Origin: Escherichia coli 042
GTDB taxonomy: Bacteria; Pseudomonadota; Gammaproteobacteria; Enterobacterales; Enterobacteriaceae
NCBI RefSeq assembly: GCF_000027125.1
Contig: NC_017626.1
Length of the DNA stretch: 64,000 bases
Strand: one strand, 5' to 3'
Positions 51,418-64,000 of this stretch are shown here, piece by piece; positions within the stretch are counted from its first letter, which is position 1, and each line of letters opens with the position of its first letter. The notes beneath the pieces are model-generated. The model searched no databases. It was given only the letters and a program-made list of their open reading frames with translations, and was not told where the DNA came from. The position numbers and the translations under genes were made by a program.

Positions 51418-51545
51418 GATCGTTGCACAAAGGGCTACAACGTGAAACAAGCTGGAACAAGGAAAATCACAAATCTGTTGATAATCAAAAACATAATGCA
51501 CAGCCTGAAACATTATGAAACAGCAAAAAACACCAAATGATAAAA

Positions 51546-51554
51546 TGCTGTTAT
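51546..51554 (+). repeat. attR core (TGCTGTTAT)
   Basis: Direct repeat of 40512-40520. The tqsA reading frame resumes as [14 protein letters not shown]. Confidence 0.8.
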
Positions 51555-52452
51555 TCTTAACCCGCTGGTGCAACACATGGTCCGCTGGCGAGTGCCGCGT
51601 GTACTGGCGGTGTCGATTTTGATGACCATCATCGTGATGGCGATGGTGTTGCTGTTAGCTTATCTGGGTTCCGCGCTCAACGAGTTGACGCGGACGTTAC
51701 CGCAATATCGCAACTCTATTATGACGCCGCTGCAAGCGATTGAACCGTTGTTGCAACGCGTAGGGATTGATGTCTCAGTTGACCAACTGGCGCATTACAT
51801 TGATCCGAACGCGGCGATGACGTTGCTCACCAACTTATTGACGCAGTTATCTAATGCCATGTCATCAATATTTTTATTGCTGCTGACGGTGCTGTTTATG
51901 CTGCTCGAAGTGCCACAATTGCCCGGAAAATTTCAGCAAATGATGGCGCGTCCGGTTGAAGGGATGGCGGCGATTCAGCGTGCGATTGACAGTGTTTCTC
52001 ATTATCTGGTGCTGAAAACAGCCATCAGCATCATCACCGGCCTGGTCGCCTGGGCGATGCTCGCCGCACTCGATGTTCGCTTCGCTTTTGTCTGGGGATT
52101 GCTGGCCTTTGCGCTTAATTACATCCCTAATATTGGTTCAGTTCTCGCAGCAATTCCCCCTATCGCTCAGGTACTGGTGTTTAATGGCTTCTACGAAGCG
52201 TTGTTGGTGCTGGCGGGATATCTGCTGATTAATCTGGTCTTCGGCAATATTCTGGAGCCGCGCATCATGGGACGTGGGCTGGGGCTTTCGACATTGGTGG
52301 TATTTTTGTCGTTGATTTTTTGGGGATGGTTGTTAGGACCGGTGGGTATGCTGCTTTCCGTGCCGTTGACAATTATTGTCAAAATTGCGCTTGAACAAAC
52401 AGCGGGAGGTCAAAGCATCGCCGTTCTGTTAAGCGATCTCAATAAAGAGTGA
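51547..52452 (+). pseudogene. tqsA: tqsA 3' portion (codons ~44-344), separated from its start by the island
   Basis: Frame GCT GTT ATT CTT AAC CCG CTG GTG... = [30 protein letters not shown]... through LSDLNKE-stop. Confidence 0.9.
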
Positions 52453-52476
52453 CGGCCTCCGCAGAGGCCGTCAGGG

Positions 52477-53868
<1,392 letters not shown>

Positions 53869-53875
53869 TTACCCC

Positions 53876-55471
<1,596 letters not shown>

Positions 55472-55931
55472 TCATGTACGAGCTAAATGTTACTCCGTTA
55501 AAATAAATTAGTAACAAACGCCCTATAACGTACTGAAAATTATGCCTGTGATCTAGCGCCAAAAATCAGTATTTCGGCGTGAACTCGCAAAATATTAACG
55601 ATTCAGCCGTGATAGTGGGATAAACACCTTAGAACGCCGGATAAAGACTGATAATTGTCTTCGACGGTCGGGTAAAACGTGATATCACCCCGGCACGAAT
55701 CACTACTTAACATTAAATTAACTTATACAATTCAGTTGCTTCAGTAGTATTGATGCTGATACGGCTGTTTTTTAAGCATAGACGGTCATTTGAGCAGGAT
55801 TAAAATTGGCTTAAGGAATGTGATATGAAAAATGACGCAGACAGTTACACCGTTTAAATGCAATAATCAGCCACGTTTCTCGTTAATAACAATACCAGTA
55901 CCTGGTTTGCGCAAGGCGAAGGATTATTTTT

Positions 55932-56876
55932 ATGAAGCTTAAGAACACCCTCCTGGCGTCGGCACTGCTTTCTGCTACGGCATTCTCCGTTAACGCAGCA
56001 ACAGAACTGACACCGGAGCAAGCGGCAGCGGTTAAACCTTTTGACCGTGTAGTGGTTACCGGTCGTTTTAATGCTATTGGCGAAGCGGTGAAAGCCGTTT
56101 CTCGTCGCGCAGATAAAGAAGGTGCCGCCTCTTTTTATGTTGTCGACACTTCTGATTTTGGTAACAGCGGTAACTGGCGTGTGGTCGCTGACCTCTATAA
56201 AGCCGATGCTGAAAAAGCAGAAACTGAAAAGAATCGTGTCTTCAACGGGGTAATTGAACTGCCTAAAGACCAGGCTGTTTTGATCGAACCGTATGACACA
56301 GTTACCGTCCAGGGCTTCTTCCGCAGCCAACCGGAAGTGAACGATGCCATCACCAAAGCGGCAAAAGCGAAAGGTGCCTACTCTTACTACATCGTTCGTC
56401 AAATCGATGCCAACCAGGGCGGCAACCAGCGTATTACTGCATTCATCTATAAAAAAGATGCAAAGAAACGTATCGTCCAGAGCCCGGATGTAATCCCGGC
56501 AGATTCCGAAGCAGGACGTGCAGCTCTGGCTGCCGGTGGCGAAGCCGCGAAGAAAGTTGAGATTCCGGGTGTTGCGACTACCGCATCACCAAGCTCTGAA
56601 GTCGGTCGCTTCTTTGAAACCCAGTCATCAAAAGGCGGGCGTTACACCGTCACGCTCCCGGATGGCACTAAAGTCGAAGAACTGAACAAAGCGACCGCAG
56701 CGATGATGGTCCCGTTCGACAGCATCAAATTCTCTGGCAACTACGGCAACATGACTGAAGTCTCCTATCAGGTTGCGAAACGTGCCGCGAAGAAAGGTGC
56801 TAAGTATTACCACATCACCCGCCAGTGGCAGGAACGTGGTAATAACCTGACCGTCAGCGCAGATCTGTATAAATAA
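55932..56876 (+). CDS. ydgH: Periplasmic DUF1471-repeat protein YdgH
   Basis: MKLKNTLLASALLSATAFSVNAATELTPEQAAAVKPFDRVVVTGRFNAIGEAV..., 314 aa. Confidence 0.9.
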   Translation: MKLKNTLLASALLSATAFSVNAATELTPEQAAAVKPFDRVVVTGRFNAIGEAVKAVSRRADKEGAASFYVVDTSDFGNSGNWRVVADLYKADAEKAETEKNRVFNGVIELPKDQAVLIEPYDTVTVQGFFRSQPEVNDAITKAAKAKGAYSYYIVRQIDANQGGNQRITAFIYKKDAKKRIVQSPDVIPADSEAGRAALAAGGEAAKKVEIPGVATTASPSSEVGRFFETQSSKGGRYTVTLPDGTKVEELNKATAAMMVPFDSIKFSGNYGNMTEVSYQVAKRAAKKGAKYYHITRQWQERGNNLTVSADLYK

Positions 56877-57061
56877 CTATTCAGTTACTCCTATAAGGCG
56901 GCTTGATGCCGCCTTTCGCATTTTTAGTCACAAATTTCCCCGCGACCATTGCATGCAGACACATCTCTTCGTAAAATCCCGCGCTTCAGTGGCAAACTCC
57001 ATTTTTATGCGTTTTGCCCTAATATTTATTCTTCTTATCACGTTTTAATCACTGGATATCG

Positions 57062-58444
57062 ATGGAAAAGAAACTGGGACTGAGCGCACTCACCGCGCTG
57101 GTATTAAGCTCAATGCTGGGCGCGGGTGTTTTCAGTCTGCCGCAAAATATGGCGGCAGTTGCCAGCCCGGCAGCACTGCTCATCGGCTGGGGCATTACTG
57201 GCGCTGGCATTTTATTGCTGGCCTTTGCCATGCTGATCCTCACGCGCATTCGTCCCGAACTTGACGGCGGTATCTTTACCTATGCCCGCGAAGGGTTTGG
57301 CGAGCTAATCGGCTTTTGTTCCGCATGGGGATACTGGCTGTGCGCAGTCATCGCCAACGTCTCCTATCTGGTGATCGTTTTTTCCGCGTTAAGCTTTTTT
57401 ACGGACACGCCGGAATTGCGCCTGTTTGGCGATGGTAATACCTGGCAATCGATCCTCGGTGCATCGGCTTTATTGTGGATTGTTCACTTTTTGATCCTGC
57501 GCGGAGTGCAAACCGCTGCCAGCATTAACCTGGTGGCGACACTGGCAAAATTGTTGCCGCTGGGTCTGTTTGTTGTGCTGGCGATGATGATGTTCAAACT
57601 GGATACCTTCAAGCTCGACTTCACCGGACTTGCACTTGGCGTACCCGTTTGGGAACAGGTGAAAAACACCATGCTGATCACCCTGTGGGTTTTCATTGGT
57701 GTGGAAGGTGCCGTGGTTGTTTCTGCGCGTGCGCGTAATAAACGTGATGTTGGCAAAGCGACACTGCTGGCGGTTCTCTCCGCTCTGGGCGTTTACTTGC
57801 TGGTAACGCTGCTTTCGCTGGGCGTGGTGGCACGTCCTGAACTGGCTGAAATTCGTAACCCGTCAATGGCCGGTCTGATGGTGGAAATGATGGGACCGTG
57901 GGGCGAAATCATCATCGCTGCCGGTTTGATCGTTTCCGTTTGCGGCGCGTACTTAAGCTGGACCATCATGGCGGCAGAAGTTCCGTTCCTGGCTGCCACT
58001 CATAAAGCATTCCCACGCATTTTTGCGCGCCAGAACGCACAAGCTGCGCCATCCGCCTCACTGTGGTTGACCAACATCTGCGTGCAAATTTGTCTGGTAC
58101 TCATCTGGCTGACCGGTTCCGATTACAACACGTTGCTGACCATCGCCTCAGAAATGATTCTGGTGCCCTATTTCCTGGTCGGCGCGTTCTTGCTGAAAAT
58201 CGCAACCCGTCCACTGCATAAAGCGGTAGGTGTCGGTGCCTGCATTTATGGCTTATGGTTATTGTACGCCTCTGGTCCAATGCACTTGCTGTTATCCGTT
58301 GTTCTGTATGCGCCGGGGCTGCTGGTTTTCCTGTATGCGCGTAAAACGCATATACATGATAACGTACTGAACCGTCAGGAAATGGTGCTAATTGGCATGC
58401 TGTTAATTGCCTCAGTTCCGGCGACCTGGATGCTGGTGGGATAA
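57062..58444 (+). CDS. ydgI: APC-family arginine:ornithine antiporter homologue YdgI (ArcD)
   Basis: MEKKLGLSALTALVLSSMLGAGVFSLPQNMAAVASPAALLIGW..., 460 aa. Confidence 0.9.
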   Translation: MEKKLGLSALTALVLSSMLGAGVFSLPQNMAAVASPAALLIGWGITGAGILLLAFAMLILTRIRPELDGGIFTYAREGFGELIGFCSAWGYWLCAVIANVSYLVIVFSALSFFTDTPELRLFGDGNTWQSILGASALLWIVHFLILRGVQTAASINLVATLAKLLPLGLFVVLAMMMFKLDTFKLDFTGLALGVPVWEQVKNTMLITLWVFIGVEGAVVVSARARNKRDVGKATLLAVLSALGVYLLVTLLSLGVVARPELAEIRNPSMAGLMVEMMGPWGEIIIAAGLIVSVCGAYLSWTIMAAEVPFLAATHKAFPRIFARQNAQAAPSASLWLTNICVQICLVLIWLTGSDYNTLLTIASEMILVPYFLVGAFLLKIATRPLHKAVGVGACIYGLWLLYASGPMHLLLSVVLYAPGLLVFLYARKTHIHDNVLNRQEMVLIGMLLIASVPATWMLVG

Positions 58445-58480
58445 CGTTCATCCCATCGTTGGATAGCAAAGGAGATAACG

Positions 58481-59203
58481 ATGGGTAAAGCCCAGCCCTT
58501 GCCAATATTAATTACTGGCGGAGGTCGTCGCATCGGCCTCGCACTCGCCTGGCATTTCATTAATCAAAAGCAACCGGTGATTGTCAGCTATCGGACGCAC
58601 TATCCAGCCATTGATGGACTGATTAAGGCAGGTGCGCAGTGTATTCAAGCTGATTTTTCGACCAACGACGGTGTGATGGCGTTTGCCGATGAAGTACTAA
58701 AAAGTACCCATGGTCTGCGTGCTATTTTGCATAACGCCAGCGCGTGGATGGCGGAAAAACCGGGTGCGCCACTGTCCGACGTGCTGGCTTGCATGATGCA
58801 GATCCACGTTAATACCCCATACCTGCTCAACCATGCGCTAGAAAGATTACTGCGTGGGCACGGACACGCCGCCAGCGATATCATTCACTTTACCGATTAT
58901 GTGGTGGAGCGCGGTAGCGACAAACATATTGCCTATGCTGCAAGCAAAGCGGCACTGGATAATATGACCCGCTCGTTTGCCCGCAAGCTGGCACCGGAAG
59001 TGAAAGTGAATTCTATTGCGCCATCGCTGATCCTGTTTAATGAACATGATGATGCCGAATATCGACAACAGGCGCTGAATAAATCACTGATGAAAACCGC
59101 GCCTGGCGAGAAAGAAGTGATCGACCTGGTCGATTACTTACTTACCAGCTGCTTTGTCACCGGACGCAGTTTCCCTCTTGATGGCGGTCGTCATCTGCGT
59201 TAA
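58481..59203 (+). CDS. folM: Dihydromonapterin/dihydrofolate reductase FolM (SDR)
   Basis: MGKAQPLPILITGGGRRIGLALAWHFINQKQPVIVSYRTHYPAIDGL..., 240 aa. Confidence 0.9.
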   Translation: MGKAQPLPILITGGGRRIGLALAWHFINQKQPVIVSYRTHYPAIDGLIKAGAQCIQADFSTNDGVMAFADEVLKSTHGLRAILHNASAWMAEKPGAPLSDVLACMMQIHVNTPYLLNHALERLLRGHGHAASDIIHFTDYVVERGSDKHIAYAASKAALDNMTRSFARKLAPEVKVNSIAPSLILFNEHDDAEYRQQALNKSLMKTAPGEKEVIDLVDYLLTSCFVTGRSFPLDGGRHLR

Positions 59204-59535
59204 TGCAGCTTAATCCAGCATATAATCAACACCCATACGCTTATCCCCCAGCATGCAACAGAACCAACAAAAGCGGCGGGCAAGCGCATCATTCCGGTGA
59301 AATACCACAGCGACGCCAGGTAAACAAAATAGGGAATAATCGACCACATGCTAAAAATGATGGTTGCGCGTAAGGCTTCAATGCCGCGTTCGCTGGCAAC
59401 AATATAATGCGCGATGAGCGCAAAGGTCGGGAAAAGTGGGATCAGCCCGGCGATATAATAATTTTTCGTTTTTGCTAAAACACCAATCAACAGCACTACC
59501 AGCGCACCGAGCGCGGCTTTGATTACCAGCCCCAT
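59200..59535 (-). CDS. ydgC: GlpM-family inner-membrane protein YdgC
   Basis: MGLVIKAALGALVVLLIGVLAKTKNYYIAGLIPLFPTFALIAHYIV..., 111 aa. Confidence 0.9.
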   Translation of the reverse strand: MGLVIKAALGALVVLLIGVLAKTKNYYIAGLIPLFPTFALIAHYIVASERGIEALRATIIFSMWSIIPYFVYLASLWYFTGMMRLPAAFVGSVACWGISVWVLIICWIKLH

Positions 59536-59663
59536 CTTTTTACCTTAACACTTCCATAACAAGTCATCAGTAGAATACCTGATGAAACCTTGTTTAGAAA
59601 CGATTGATAGTAAGTAAAAACAGCGCGGTGTATTGTGACGTTTTTATATCTACCGTGAATAAT

Positions 59664-60383
59664 ATGAACACTATCGTATTTGTGGAAGATGATGCGGAAG
59701 TCGGTTCACTGATTGCTGCGTACCTGGCAAAACATGATATGCAGGTTAACGTAGAGCCGCGCGGCGACCAGGCCGAAGAAACTATTCTGCGAGAAAATCC
59801 GGATTTGGTGTTACTCGACATCATGCTACCAGGCAAGGATGGCATGACCATTTGTCGTGATTTACGCGCAAAGTGGTCCGGACCGATTGTTCTTCTAACC
59901 TCTCTCGATAGCGATATGAACCACATCCTGGCACTGGAAATGGGTGCCTGCGACTATATTCTCAAAACGACACCCCCTGCTGTATTGTTAGCGCGCTTAC
60001 GTTTGCATTTGCGTCAAAATGAGCAAGCCACACTGAGCAAAGGTCTTCAGGAAACGTCTCTGACGCCCTACAAAGCCCTGCATTTCGGCACGTTGACCAT
60101 CGATCCCATCAACCGCGTAGTCACCCTCGCTAACACTGAAATCTCGCTCTCGACAGCTGATTTCGAATTATTGTGGGAATTAGCTACCCATGCTGGGCAA
60201 ATTATGGACCGCGATGCATTGCTGAAAAATTTACGCGGCGTCAGTTATGACGGACTGGATCGTAGCGTGGACGTGGCTATTTCGCGGTTAAGAAAAAAAC
60301 TGCTCGATAACGCCGCAGAACCTTATCGCATTAAAACTGTGCGTAACAAAGGCTATCTTTTTGCGCCTCATGCATGGGAATAA
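59664..60383 (+). CDS. rstA: OmpR-family response regulator RstA
   Basis: ORF 59604..60383 trimmed to MNTIVFVEDDAEVGSLIAAYLAKHDMQV, 239 aa. Confidence 0.9.
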   Translation: MNTIVFVEDDAEVGSLIAAYLAKHDMQVNVEPRGDQAEETILRENPDLVLLDIMLPGKDGMTICRDLRAKWSGPIVLLTSLDSDMNHILALEMGACDYILKTTPPAVLLARLRLHLRQNEQATLSKGLQETSLTPYKALHFGTLTIDPINRVVTLANTEISLSTADFELLWELATHAGQIMDRDALLKNLRGVSYDGLDRSVDVAISRLRKKLLDNAAEPYRIKTVRNKGYLFAPHAWE

Positions 60384-60386
60384 GCG

Positions 60387-61688
60387 ATGAAAAAACTGTT
60401 TATCCAGTTTTACCTGTTATTGTTTGTCTGCTTCCTTGTGATGTCTCTGCTGGTTGGGCTGGTGTACAAATTTACCGCCGAACGCGCGGGCAAACAGTCG
60501 CTGGATGATTTGATGAACAGTTCGCTGTATCTGATGCGCAGCGAATTGCGTGAGATCCCCCCACACGACTGGGGTAAGACGCTGAAAGAGATGGATTTAA
60601 ATCTCTCTTTCGATCTGCGTGTCGAGCCACTGAGTAAATATCATCTTGATGATATTTCCATGCACCGGCTGCGTGGCGGCGAAATTGTCGCCCTGGACGA
60701 TCAGTACACGTTTTTGCAACGTATCCCGCGCAGCCACTACGTGCTGGCAGTTGGTCCTGTTCCTTATCTTTATTACCTCCATCAGATGCGATTACTGGAT
60801 ATCGCCCTGATCGCTTTTATTGCCATTTCCCTCGCCTTTCCGGTGTTTATCTGGATGCGTCCGCACTGGCAGGATATGTTAAAACTGGAAGCAGCGGCGC
60901 AACGATTTGGCGATGGGCATCTCAATGAGCGTATCCACTTTGATGAGGGTTCGAGCTTTGAACGACTTGGCGTCGCATTTAACCAGATGGCGGACAATAT
61001 CAACGCCTTGATTGCCAGCAAAAAACAGCTTATTGACGGTATCGCTCATGAACTGCGAACACCGTTAGTGCGCCTGCGTTATCGACTGGAGATGAGCGAT
61101 AACCTGAGCGCCGCCGAATCCCAGGCGTTGAATCGCGATATCAGTCAACTTGAAGCTTTAATTGAAGAGCTGCTGACTTATGCCCGACTCGATCGCCCAC
61201 AAAACGAGCTTCATCTTAGCGAACCAGACCTGCCGTTGTGGCTGTCAACGCATCTGGCAGACATTCAGGCAGTAACGCCCGATAAAACGGTACGGATTAA
61301 AACGCTCGCGCAAGGCCATTATGCGGCGTTGGATATGCGCTTAATGGAGCGCGTGCTGGATAATTTGCTCAATAACGCCCTGCGCTACTGTCACTCAACG
61401 GTTGAAACCAGCCTGCTACTGTCGGGGAATAGAGCGACATTAATTGTTGAGGATGATGGCCCAGGGATTGCCCCAGAAAACCGCGAACATATCTTTGAAC
61501 CTTTTGTTCGCCTCGATCCCAGCCGGGATCGCTCAACCGGCGGCTGCGGGCTGGGGCTGGCAATTGTCCACTCTATAGCACTGGCAATGGGCGGTACGGT
61601 TAATTGTGACACCAGCGAACTGGGTGGTGCTCGCTTCTCGTTTAGCTGGCCGTTATGGCATAACATCCCGCAATTTACCTCTGCCTGA
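60387..61688 (+). CDS. rstB: Sensor histidine kinase RstB
   Basis: Two TM segments, HAMP, H-box IAHELRTPL, and N/G boxes; 433 aa. Confidence 0.95.
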   Translation: MKKLFIQFYLLLFVCFLVMSLLVGLVYKFTAERAGKQSLDDLMNSSLYLMRSELREIPPHDWGKTLKEMDLNLSFDLRVEPLSKYHLDDISMHRLRGGEIVALDDQYTFLQRIPRSHYVLAVGPVPYLYYLHQMRLLDIALIAFIAISLAFPVFIWMRPHWQDMLKLEAAAQRFGDGHLNERIHFDEGSSFERLGVAFNQMADNINALIASKKQLIDGIAHELRTPLVRLRYRLEMSDNLSAAESQALNRDISQLEALIEELLTYARLDRPQNELHLSEPDLPLWLSTHLADIQAVTPDKTVRIKTLAQGHYAALDMRLMERVLDNLLNNALRYCHSTVETSLLLSGNRATLIVEDDGPGIAPENREHIFEPFVRLDPSRDRSTGGCGLGLAIVHSIALAMGGTVNCDTSELGGARFSFSWPLWHNIPQFTSA

Positions 61689-61730
61689 CACTACGCGCAC
61701 GATGGTCAAGTCACCACCATTGTGCTATAA

Positions 61731-64000
<2,270 letters not shown>

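Larger units (their letters stand above)
40512..51554. mobile_element. 11.03-kb integrative phage-satellite-like island (PICI-type layout) inserted in tqsA
   Basis: Flanked by a 9-bp direct repeat TGCTGTTAT (40512-40520, 51546-51554) inside a split tqsA. Carries int, alpA, rep+iterons, ssb, capsid/decoration genes, a Nu1-like gene and lambda-type cos sites. Confidence 0.9.

Noticed and set aside
51371-51600. Possibility that the island provides an outward promoter expressing an N-terminally truncated TqsA from ATG 51577
   Set aside because: I found no credible -35/-10 pair reading into the fragment. The integrase gene points away from it. I kept it only as a caveat in the tqsA finding.
55854-56402. 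182-aa minus-strand ORF overlapping ydgH
   Set aside because: It is antisense to a full-length, signal-peptide-bearing ydgH with no independent support.

Overview
The window reads as an Escherichia coli chromosome segment from the terminus-proximal region (ydfJ to fumC). This assignment rests on ORF-track proteins I recognise from memory; no database search was possible.
(1) 1-19217: the right-hand part of a Qin-type cryptic lambdoid prophage. It runs rrrQ-ydfR-essQ lysis genes, cspB/cspF, quuQ, ydfU, rem, hokD-relEB, ydfV, flxA, an ISNCY-like IS, a replication module with internal iterons, dicC/dicA, ydfABC, dicF, dicB, ydfD, an intact ydfE-like exonuclease gene, and xis-intQ. It ends at a ydfJ 5' fragment. 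Several prophage genes carry single in-frame stop codons.
(2) 19368-40383 and 51547-64000: conserved backbone. It runs rspBA, ynfA-D, speG, ynfEFGH-dmsD, clcB, ynfK, mlc, ynfL, ynfM, asr, ydgU, ydgD, mdtIJ, then pntBA, ydgH, ydgI, folM, ydgC, rstAB, TerB, tus and fumC.
(3) 40512-51554: an 11.03-kb integrase-bearing element inserted inside tqsA, and the most interesting part of the window. Its layout is that of a phage satellite of PICI type: int, alpA, a regulatory switch, a rep ATPase followed by iterons, then a packaging/morphogenesis block.
- It encodes its own lambda gpE-like major capsid protein and gpD-like decoration protein.
- It has a Nu1-like small-terminase DNA-binding protein.
- It has two inverted lambda-type cos sites bracketing that gene, one with an element-specific cosB-like repeat triad.
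- It has no portal, protease, large terminase or tail genes.
A candidate ribbon-helix-helix repressor with triplicated operators, a candidate antisense RNA, rep-adjacent iterons and a 10-bp-phased TGTCAC array are also visible. No rRNA, tRNA or CRISPR array was seen.
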